Source: Candidatus Eiseniibacteriota bacterium
GTDB taxonomy: Bacteria > Eisenbacteria > RBG-16-71-46
Reading direction: 5' to 3'
NCBI GenBank assembly: GCA_963776245.1
Contig: CAVZLN010000006.1
Location: forward strand, 608,001-672,000
DNA length: 64,000 nt
Shown piece by piece: positions 21,095 to 30,300 of this stretch. A program made the translations under genes and the position numbers. Position 1 is the stretch's first letter, and every line of letters starts with the position of its first letter. The notes below the pieces were generated by a model, which saw only the letters and a program-made list of their open reading frames with translations, searched no databases and was not told where the DNA came from.

Positions 21095-22528
21095 TCACTC
21101 CGCCGGCGGCGGCCCCCCGGCAGGCGCGTCCTCCCTCCGGCGCGGACTCGCTGGCCGGTCCACGCCGACGCTTCGCCCGGCCACAGTTCCCGAGCTCCAC
21201 GCCCACTGGAAGTTGAATCCCCCCAGCCGGCCCTCGACGTCGAGCACCTCCCCGCACAGAAACAGCCCCGGCGCGACTCTCGACTCGAGCGTGGACGCGT
21301 CCACCTCGTTCAGCGGCACTCCCCCGGCGGTGACTTCGGCCTTCTCGTAGCCGAGCGTGCCGGTCACCCGCATGGGCCGGGCGACCACGCGTCCGATGAG
21401 CGCGTCGCGGTGTGCGCGGTCCACCTGGCCGAGCATCGTTGCCGGGTCCACTCCGGCCTCGACGCACAGCCGCTCGGCGAGCCGCTCGGGCAGACGGTGC
21501 GCGAGGAAGCGCTTCGTCCCGGTCTGCGGCATCTCGTTCGCCAGTCGCTTCCAGAACGCGAGCAGCGATTCGCGGGTCTCCCCGGGCATGAAGTTGGCGC
21601 TCACCGCGCGCGGTCCCTCCGAGCGCATCCAGTGTCTCGACAGGTCGAGCGCCGCGGGGCCGGAGTAGCCGAAGTGCGCGATCAGCAGCGAGCCGGCGGC
21701 GTTCGCGACGCGCGCGCGCTCCACGTGCAGCGTGAGCTCGGCCTCGCACGTGAGTCCCTGCGCCGCATCGCACAGCTCGTCGTCCGCGGTGAGCGGCGTG
21801 AGCGCGGGCACCGGCGGCACCAGCGAGTGCCCGAGTGCCACCGCGAGAGCGTAGCCGGTGCCGTCGCTGCCGGTGCGCGGGAACGACAGCCCGCCGCTCG
21901 CCAGCACCACGGATTCGGCCTCCAACCACTCCCCCGGCGTGACCGCGGGCAGCGTCCGATGGGCTTCGTCGAGCGCGCGCACTTCCGCCGAGAACGCCGC
22001 GGCGTCGCGCACGCGCTGGATACCGAGGCGCCAGGTGCCAGGCGCCGGGCCGGAATCCGTGCCACCTTCGCCCGCGGTGCCCTTCGCGCCGCGTCCACCG
22101 CCGCCCGCGCCCGACCCCCGCTCCAGCCGCACCACGCGGGCGCCACGCTCGATCGATACGCCGGCGCGCTCGCAGCCGGCGACCAGGGCGTCGAGCACGG
22201 TGCGCGCCTCGTCGGTCACCGGGAAGTACTTGCCGGTGTCCTCGAGTTTGAGTCCCACCCCCAGCGATCCGAACCACTCGATGGTCTCGGGCACGGTGAA
22301 GGCGCGCAGGATGCGGGCGACCACGCGGCGCGAGCCACCGTGGTAATCGCGCTCGGTGACCACCTGGTGGGTGACATTGCAGCGCGTCCCGCCCGACATC
22401 AGGATCTTGAGCCCGAGGCTGGGATGGGCGTTGAACAGCGTCACGCGCGCCCCGCCCTCGGCGGCACGCAGCGCGGCGGTGAGGCCGGCGGCTCCGGCCC
22501 CCACGACGGCGACTCGACGGATGGACAT
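21095..22528 (-). CDS. HI0933/YhiN (BaiN) family flavoprotein
   Basis: VVGAGAAGL, GLKILMSGGTRCNVT, LASGGLSFPRTGSDGTG, AEVTAGGV and GEVLDVEGRLGGFNFQWAWSSG. Confidence 0.93.
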   Translation of the reverse strand: MSIRRVAVVGAGAAGLTAALRAAEGGARVTLFNAHPSLGLKILMSGGTRCNVTHQVVTERDYHGGSRRVVARILRAFTVPETIEWFGSLGVGLKLEDTGKYFPVTDEARTVLDALVAGCERAGVSIERGARVVRLERGSGAGGGGRGAKGTAGEGGTDSGPAPGTWRLGIQRVRDAAAFSAEVRALDEAHRTLPAVTPGEWLEAESVVLASGGLSFPRTGSDGTGYALAVALGHSLVPPVPALTPLTADDELCDAAQGLTCEAELTLHVERARVANAAGSLLIAHFGYSGPAALDLSRHWMRSEGPRAVSANFMPGETRESLLAFWKRLANEMPQTGTKRFLAHRLPERLAERLCVEAGVDPATMLGQVDRAHRDALIGRVVARPMRVTGTLGYEKAEVTAGGVPLNEVDASTLESRVAPGLFLCGEVLDVEGRLGGFNFQWAWSSGTVAGRSVGVDRPASPRRREDAPAGGPPPAE

Positions 22529-22766
22529 GGTGGCGAAGGCTAGTGCAATGCCGGGCCCCCGGCCAGCGGCGCGCGACCCGCGCAATGTCAGAGCGACAGG
22601 GGCTCCCGTCGCGACCCGCGGGGGAGCACCCTTCCGTCCCGGCCAGCATCGAATCCCCCAGCGGCGGGCGCCCAGGTCATGCGGGATCCGCGCGGGACGC
22701 GCCCGCTACTCCCGCGCCGACCTCGGCGCTCACCACCGGCTCCCGAGCCCGTCATCCGGAGGCAAC

Positions 22767-23672
22767 GTGTCGATCCGAGCAGTCCGACGCATCATCGAAG
22801 CGCGGCCCACCGTGGAAGGCGCAGGCGTGAAGCTGCGCCGCGCGTTCGGCTTCGGTGACACGAACGAGACCGATCCGTTCCTGCTGTTCGACGACTTCCG
22901 CAACGAGCGCCCCGCCGACTACCTCGCCGGCTTCCCGTGGCACCCGCACCGCGGCATCGAGACCATCACCTACGTGCTCTCGGGCACCGTCACTCACGCC
23001 GACAGTCTCGGCAATCAGGGCGCGCTGGGCTCCGGGGACGTCCAGTGGATGACGGCGGGCCGCGGGATCATGCACCAGGAGATGCCACAGGGGGACGCGC
23101 AGGGGCGGATGCACGGCTTCCAGCTGTGGGCGAACCTCCCCTCCTCGCTCAAGATGACCACGCCGCGCTATCAGGACGTGCTGTCGCGGGACATCCCCGA
23201 GACGGTGGACGACGACGGCACCCGGGTGCGGGTGGTGTGCGGCGACTTCTGGGGCAAGCGCGGCCCGGTGGACGGCATCGCGGCCGAGCCCAGTTACCTC
23301 GACGTGTGGGTGCCGCCGGGCCGTCGCAAGACGCTCCCGGTGGAGACCTATCGCAACGCGTTCGCGTATGTGTTCGAAGGCAGCGGCGACTTCCGCCATG
23401 CCTCCCCGCCGCTCGGCGTGCTCACCGACCAGCCCGGTCCGGTCGAGCGCGTGGTGCGCGAGTCTGCGGGCGATCGGTCGCTGGTGCTGTTCGACTCCGG
23501 CGACGAAGTGACCGTGCAGGCGGGCGAGCACGGTATCCGGTTCCTGCTCGTGTCGGGCCGGCCGATCCAGGAGCCCGTGGCCTGGTACGGCCCGATCGTG
23601 ATGAACACCAAGGAGCAGCTCCGGCAGGCCCTCAGCGAGCTGCAGGCGGGGACCTTCATCGAGCGGGCCTGA
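22767..23672 (+). CDS. Pirin family protein
   Basis: DPFLLFDDF, GFPWHPHRGIETITY, QWMTAGRGIMHQE, GFQLWANLP and WYGPIVMNT. GTG start follows GGAGG. Confidence 0.95.
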   Translation: MSIRAVRRIIEARPTVEGAGVKLRRAFGFGDTNETDPFLLFDDFRNERPADYLAGFPWHPHRGIETITYVLSGTVTHADSLGNQGALGSGDVQWMTAGRGIMHQEMPQGDAQGRMHGFQLWANLPSSLKMTTPRYQDVLSRDIPETVDDDGTRVRVVCGDFWGKRGPVDGIAAEPSYLDVWVPPGRRKTLPVETYRNAFAYVFEGSGDFRHASPPLGVLTDQPGPVERVVRESAGDRSLVLFDSGDEVTVQAGEHGIRFLLVSGRPIQEPVAWYGPIVMNTKEQLRQALSELQAGTFIERA

Positions 23673-23941
23673 GCGGGTCCCGGCCCCCCCCCCGGCCCCC
23701 GGCGTGTAAAGCGCACGATTTCGCGCTCAACTGGGCGTTCCCACCCGCCGATGACCTCCCTCGGCAGGCATCTGGTTCCCGGCTTTCGGCCCCTCAAGCC
23801 TGAGATCTGGGTGACCATCCGCATCGTATCCGAGCAGCTGTGACATCGCGGTGCCTCGCCAGGAGGGCGGCCGGTCGCACGCGTTCGCGTGCGCCGTGCA
23901 GCCGAGCATCCGTTCTGCGGATCAACCAGGGAGGTTCCACG

Positions 23942-24448
23942 ATGGACCGCTCGTTCCCCCGCTGGCTCGCGCCGGCGACGCTCGCACTGGCGCTGTTCGC
24001 GCCGGCGACGGCTCATGCCGGCAGCGACGTCACGGTGACGCTGGCTGCCCAGCGCGTGTCCGTGACCCACGGCAAGGAGACGTTCTCGCCGGCGGCGCAG
24101 GTCAAGCCCGGCGATCTCGTCGAGTACCGCGCGACCTACACCAACGCGGGTGACCAGCCGGCGCGCCAGTTGCTGGCGACGCTGCCGGTCCCGGCCGGCA
24201 TGGAGTTCATCGGTCGCACCGCGGCCCCCGCCAAGCTCGAGGCCAGCCTCGACGGCCGCACGTTTGCGGCGGTCCCGCTCACCCGGCGCGTGCTGCAGGC
24301 CGACGGGCGCGAGATCGTGCGTCCGGTGCCGGCGGCCGAATACCGCTGGCTGCGCTGGACGCTGGGGACCCTGGGCTCGAAGGCGGCCCGCACGGTGAGC
24401 GCGCGCATGCGCGTCCAGTCCGTGCCGATGGCCGCAGCGACGCGTTGA
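23942..24448 (+). CDS. Small secreted DUF11-like single-domain protein (gene A of the DUF11 operon)
   Basis: SD GGAGG, signal peptide ending AHA, then VKPGDLVEYRATYTN...LPVPAGMEF...LRWTLGTL...VSARMRV. Confidence 0.8.
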   Translation: MDRSFPRWLAPATLALALFAPATAHAGSDVTVTLAAQRVSVTHGKETFSPAAQVKPGDLVEYRATYTNAGDQPARQLLATLPVPAGMEFIGRTAAPAKLEASLDGRTFAAVPLTRRVLQADGREIVRPVPAAEYRWLRWTLGTLGSKAARTVSARMRVQSVPMAAATR

Positions 24449-24609
24449 TCCGCTGATCCACGGCTGATCTCCGCGTCGCGGCCACGCTGGGAGTGTGCCA
24501 CGCCGTCCGGCGCCCGGGGTACCGCCCCGCGCACCCACGGCCCTCCCTCGCGCGACCCGCCCGCGGTCCGGCCTTCCCGTCTTCGTCACACCCCACCTAC
24601 GGAGTGCAT

Positions 24610-27211
24610 ATGAACGCCATCTTGTCCCTCTCGAACCTCCGCCGGATCGCGGCCGCGGGCCTGCTGCTCGCGACCGTGGCGATCGGGCTCGCGGTCCCGG
24701 CCGCGCACGCCGCGCCGCCCGCCGGCACGCCGATCGGCAACCAGGCCACCGCCACGTACCTGGACGCCACGTCCACGTTGCGGTCGGTGTCCTCGAACTT
24801 CGTGACCACCTACGTGCAGCAGGTGGCGAGCTTCACGCTGGTGAGCAGCCAGACGCTCCCGGCCGCTCCCGGCACGCAGGTCGTCTTCCCGCACGTCATC
24901 ACCAACACCGGCAACGGCGGCGATTCGCTCACGCTGGTGCTCGGCAACCTGGTGGGTGACGACTTCGACCTCTCGGGGCTGGCGATGTACGTGGACGCCG
25001 ACGGCAACGGCGTGCCCGACAACGGCACGGCGATCACCAACACCGGCGTGATCCCGGCCGGCGGGACCTACCGCTTCGTGGTGGTCGGGAACGTGCCCGG
25101 GATCCAGGTCGGCGGCCAGTTCGCGCAGCTGCGGATCACCGCCACCAGCACCTTCGACGCGCTCCAGACGGCGTTCAACACCGACCGTGTGAACGTCACC
25201 GGCAACGCCGTGATCGCGATGGCCAAGAGCATCAATCAGCCCAACGGCGCGTCGCCCTCGGGCCCGTGGCGCTACACCATCCAGTACCAGAACAACGGCA
25301 ACAGCGCGGCCACCGACGTGCGCCTCACCGATGGGGTGCCGGTCGGCATGACCTACGTCGCTGGCTCGGCGCGCTGGAGCGTGACGGGCGCGACCGCGCT
25401 CACCGACGCCGACTCCACCGACTGGCAGGTGGCCTCGGGTGACTCGGTGCGCTTCATCTACGACGGCCCCTCGCGCACGCTGACCGCGGTGTTCCGCCGC
25501 GTGCGGCCGGGCAACGCCGCGTCGCTCACCTTCGACGTCACGGTCAACTCCGGCCTGGCGCCGCAGACGCTCGACAACGCGGCGCGCTTCGCGTACTTCG
25601 ACGGCGCCGCCGCCGCCGGTCCGTTCTACACCAACGTCGCGCCGTTCGTGGTCGACCAGGCCGTCTCGCTGACGTTTGCCGGGCAGACGGTGCCCGCGGC
25701 GCTGCAGGGCGCGACGGTGACGTTCTCGAACGTGCTCACCAACACCGGCAATGGCACCGACACGTTCGACATCACGTGGGCGGCCAGCTCGTTCCCGGCC
25801 GGCTCGGTGGTGACGCTCTACCAGAGCAACGGCGTCAACGTGCTCACCGACTCGAACCTCAACGGGATTCCCGACACCGGTCCGCTCGCGGCCGGCGCTT
25901 CGTACACCGTGGTGCTCAAGGTGCTGCTGCCCGCGAACGCCACCGGCGGTCCGTTCCAGGTGGTGAAGACCGCGACCAGCGCGTCCGATCCGACCGTCTC
26001 GGCGATCGCCACCGACATCCTGACGGCGATCACCGCCAACTCGGTCGACCTCACCAACAACGCGCCGCTGCCGGGAGGCCTCGGGGCCGGCGCCGGTCCG
26101 GAAGTGGCGTACGTGGTGCGCGACACCACCGCGCCGGGCGGCACGGTGCGCTTCACGCTGTACGTGAACAACACCAGCTCGCAGCCCGACCTCTACCACC
26201 TGACCACCAGCACCGATCCCACGTTCGCCTCGCTGTCGCTGCCGGCCGGCTGGACGGTGACCTTCCGCGACGGCGCGAACGCGCCGATCGTGGCGGCGGT
26301 CCCGGTCGCGGCCAATGGCTCGGTGGTGGTGTACGCCGACGTCGCGGTGCCCGCCGCCTTCACCGCGAGCAACACCGACCTCTACTTCCGCGCGCTCTCG
26401 CCCAATACCGGCGCGTCGGATCGCATCCACGACCAGCTGGGCGTGAACGCGCAACGCCGCCTCACGCTGGTGCCGAACAACAGCGCCCAGGTGATCCCGG
26501 GCGGCTTCTGGGTGTACACGCACTTCCTCTCGAACACCGGCAACGTGGTCGAGGGCGACGCCTCGGGCAGCGTGGTGACGCTGAACGCCACCAACGACCA
26601 GGCCGGCTGGAACGCGGCCGTCTACTGGGATCGCAACGGCAACGGGGCGTTCGACGCCGCCGACACGACGCTCTCGGACCTCTCGCCGATCGGCGGTCTC
26701 AACCCCGGCCAGACCGTGCGGCTGTTCGTGCGCGTGGCGGCACCGGTGGGCGCGCCGTTCGCCCAGGTGAACGTCACGACGCTCACCGCGGCCACCTCCG
26801 AACCTCGAGCTACACCGGCGCGCCGCCGTCGGCGAACGCCACCGATGTGACGACCATCATCAACGGCCAGCTCCTGCTCGAGAAGTGGCAGGCGCTCGAC
26901 GTCGCGTGTGACGGCTCGCCCGACGGCGCCTACGTGCAGACCGACCTCACCACCGGCGCGGTCCCGGGGGCGTGCATCCGGTACGAGATCCGGTCACCAA
27001 CACCGGCTCGACCGCGGTGACCAACGCGACGGTCACCGACGCGACGCCGGCGAACACGATGTACTCCGCCGCGATCCCGGCCTTCACGTCGCAGGGCACG
27101 GTCACCTCGGAGCCCGCCAACGGCGCCACCGGCAACGTGGTGGTGGACGTCGGCACGCTCGCCCCGGGTGCCACCGCCGTGGTCCGCTTCGGAGTCCGCA
27201 TCAACCCGTGA
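24610..27211 (+). CDS. Secreted multi-Ig/DUF11 repeat protein (gene B, candidate fibre shaft subunit); frameshifts near 26800 and 26990
   Basis: Signal peptide ending AHA, then APPAGTPIGNQATATY. Repeated PGxxxxFxxxxxNTGN Ig domains, several with DxxxNG motifs. One complete DUF11 domain. The C-terminal DUF11 is rebuilt from track ORFs 25776..27020 and 26972..27211. Confidence 0.85.
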
Positions 27212-27220
27212 CGCGTCCGC

Positions 27221-27249
27221 GCGGAGGCGGGGAGGGATCCCGCCTCCGC
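27221..27249 (+). promoter_or_regulatory. Strong GC hairpin immediately after gene B (mRNA-stabilising or partial terminator)
   Basis: GCGGAGGCGGG (27221-27231) pairs with CCCGCCTCCGC (27239-27249). No U-tract follows. Confidence 0.6.
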
Positions 27250-27379
27250 CAGCGCGGCGTGCGGAGGGGCGCGGGCGGTCCGCGTCCTCCCGTCGCCGCT
27301 CACAGCATGCCGGCTGTGCCGGCGCTCCCCCGTCCCGGGTGGGGGGCGCCGGCGACAGCGGGCGACGGACCTCAGGACC

Positions 27380-30300
27380 ATGACCGAGGCCTTCCGCCAG
27401 CCGCGTCGGTTCGACGCGTCCGCGCGCCCCCGCGCGCGGCGGCAGGGACCCGGCGTGCCACGCTCGGACACCCGCCGGGCACCGGCCTCCGCGCTCGCGT
27501 TCCTCGCGGGCGCTCTCGGTACGCGCGCGGAGCGCACGCGCGCCGCGCGTTCCCGGGTACACGCGTACGCGCGCGATGGGTTCGCGCGCGTGGCGGCGCT
27601 CGCGATGCCGGTGGCGTTCGCCGTGCTGCTCGCCGCCGCGCCGGCCGCGGCGCCCATCGCGGGCACGCCGATCGCCAACACCGCCAGGGAGCCTGCACCG
27701 ACCCGACCGGCCGTCACGCTGCGGCCGCGTCGAACACCGTGCGGCCGTCGTGCAGCCGTTCGAGGCGCCTGGCCTGACGCCCTAGCCCGGCGCTCATCGC
27801 GCGCCCCGGCGAGACCGTGGTGTTCGCCGCACATGCTGCGCAACACCGGCCACGACCAGCGACTATCGGCTCGATCTCGCGAACGTCGGCGGCGACGACT
27901 TCGATCTCGACGCGCTCGCGATCGTCCTCGACCGCGACCTCGACGGCGCCGTGAGCGGCGCCGACCTTCCGCTCGCGCACGGCGGCATGCTGACGCTCGC
28001 GCGCCGGCGATTCGGCGGCGCGTGCTCGTGACCGGCACGGTGCCGCACGGCGCCCGCGGCTGTCGCAGGCGTGGCTCGCGCTCACCGCGACCTCCCAGGC
28101 GCAGCGCGTCTCCGAGTCGGTCACCGACACGGTGCGCACGCCGCCGCTCGGGCCACCGCCGTCGATCGCGTTCTTCACCGGGAATGACTACACGCGCACG
28201 ACGCGCCGCACGCCGCTGGGCACCCCGCTGTTCGTGCAGGCCATCGCGCCGCAGGCCGACCTGCGACCGGGCGGGATCGACACCGTCACCATCCGGCTCG
28301 CGACCCGCCTCACCGGCGATCTCGACGAGTTCCGGGCCGTCGAGACCGGGCCGCACACCGGCACGTTCCGCATCGTCGCCGTTGTCACGCCACTCACCCG
28401 CCGCCGGGCGCCACCGCACAGGCCGGCGACGGCGTGATCGAGGTGCGCCGCGGCGAGGAGGTCACCGCGACGCTGTTCGGCTGCGGGGCGCGCGCACCGA
28501 CGCGACGGTGTGGGTGGACCCCGCGCGGCAGGTGTTCGACGCGAGCAGCGGGGTGGCGCTCGGCGGCGCGCGCGTGCAGCTGATCGACGTCACCGGCGCG
28601 GGCAATGGCGGCCGACCCGGCGCGCTCGCGCAGGTGTTCGCGGCCGACGGGGCCACGCCGGCGCCCGCCGACACGGTGACCGGCGCGACCGGACAGTTCG
28701 AGTTCCCGTGGGTCGCGCGGAGCACCTACCGCCTGCTGGTGCTGCCCCCGGCGCCCTATCGCTTCCCCTCGCTGGCGCCCCCCGCGACGCTCGCCTCCCG
28801 GCCACGTGCTCGACGCCGGCGGTTCGTTCGGCCAGCCGTTCCCGATCACCGAGGACGGTGCGCCGATCGTGATGGACCTGCCGGTGGACGCGCTCCACCC
28901 GGTGGTGCTGTTCGCCGAGAAGGCCGCCTCGCGCACCGAGGCCGAGCTCGGCGACGACGTCGGCTACCAGGTCCGCGTGGCGAACCGCTCCGACAGCACG
29001 ATCGCCACTCTCGGCGTGCGCGATGTCCTGCCGGTGGGTTTCGCGTACGTGGCGGGCAGCGCGCGGGTGGGCGGCGCCGCGGTGGCCGATCCGAAGCGCG
29101 CCGGCGGCACGCTGGAGTTCGCGCTCGGCGCCCTCGCGCCGCACGCGACCGTCACGCTCGCCTATCGCTTGCGCGTCGGCCCCGGCGCCTCGCTCGGCGA
29201 GGCGGTCAACCGCGCGACCGCGAGCAGTGGCAGCGCGCGCTCGAACGAGGCAGTGGCGCGGGTCACCGTGCGCGGCGGGGTGTTCGCCGACGAGGGCATC
29301 ATCCTCGGCACCGTGGGGCTCGATGCCGATCGCGACGGGCGGCTCTCGGCCGGCGAGCCCGGCCTCGCCGGCGTGCGGCTGGTGCTGGACGATGGCACCT
29401 GGGCGGTGACCGACGCGCGCGGGCGTTACAGCTTCACCGGCGTCACGCCGCGCACCCACGCGCTCAAGGTGGACCCCTCGACGGTGCCCACAGCGGCGAC
29501 GCTGATCGCGCTCGACCATCGCGCCGGCGGCCTGCCCGGACTGCGCTTCGTGGACCTCACGCGCGGCGAACTGGCGCGCGCCGACTTCGCCGCGCAGGGC
29601 GACACCGCGGCGCTGCGCGACGTGTCCGACCACGGCGTCGCGAGCGGCCGCCCCGAGCGCGATCGCCTGCTCGCGCGCGGCGCCGACCCGCTCGCCACGC
29701 CGATGCCGGCTTCCGATCCGCGCGCGCTTCCCGCCAGCCGCGTGCTCACCGGCGAGAGCGGGCTGCCGCTGACGCGCCGCGCGACCGGCACGCCGGGCGC
29801 GAGCGCGACCGCCACCGCGACGTGGCCCGCGCCGGCGCCTGAGTCCGGCCGCGCGACCGAGTCGCCGGCGCCGCAGGACGCGCGGTCGCCCCGCGCGCTC
29901 GCGAGCCTGCCGCTCGAGCAGCTGGTGTCGCAGCTCGACGCCGAGCCGGGCTTCCTCGGCCTCGCCGACCTCGACACGGTCGCGGTCACGCAGATCGCGG
30001 TCCGCGTCAAGGGTGGTGCGGGCACGCATCTGGAGCTGTTCGTGAACGGGCGGCTCGAGCCGGACACGCGCGTCGCCCGTCGCGTGATCGCGCCCGAGGC
30101 GGGCATCGAGGCGCGGGAGTACCTCGGGGTCGACCTGCGGCCCGGCGTGAACGTGCTCGAGGTGGCGCCGGCCCAGTCGCTCGCCCGCGCCGCGGTGCGC
30201 GTGGTGGCGCCCGGGCCGCTCGCCGCGCTCATGCTCGACGCGCCGCGCGGCGTGCCCGCGGATGGCGTCACGCCCGCGGAGGTCACCCTGTCGCTGCTCG

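Noticed and set aside
15400..21100. Prophage or integrative element around the TA pair
   Set aside because: No integrase, transposase, phage structural gene, tRNA or att-like repeat was seen.
24486..24500. Sigma54-like TGGCAC-N5-CAGC on the minus strand
   Set aside because: It points antisense to the operon with no downstream gene, and the -12 match is weak.
26790..28810. Programmed frameshifting or phase variation in the DUF11 operon
   Set aside because: No slippery heptamers or long simple-sequence tracts at the shift sites, and similar indels occur in unrelated genes such as lat and the LytTR regulator.
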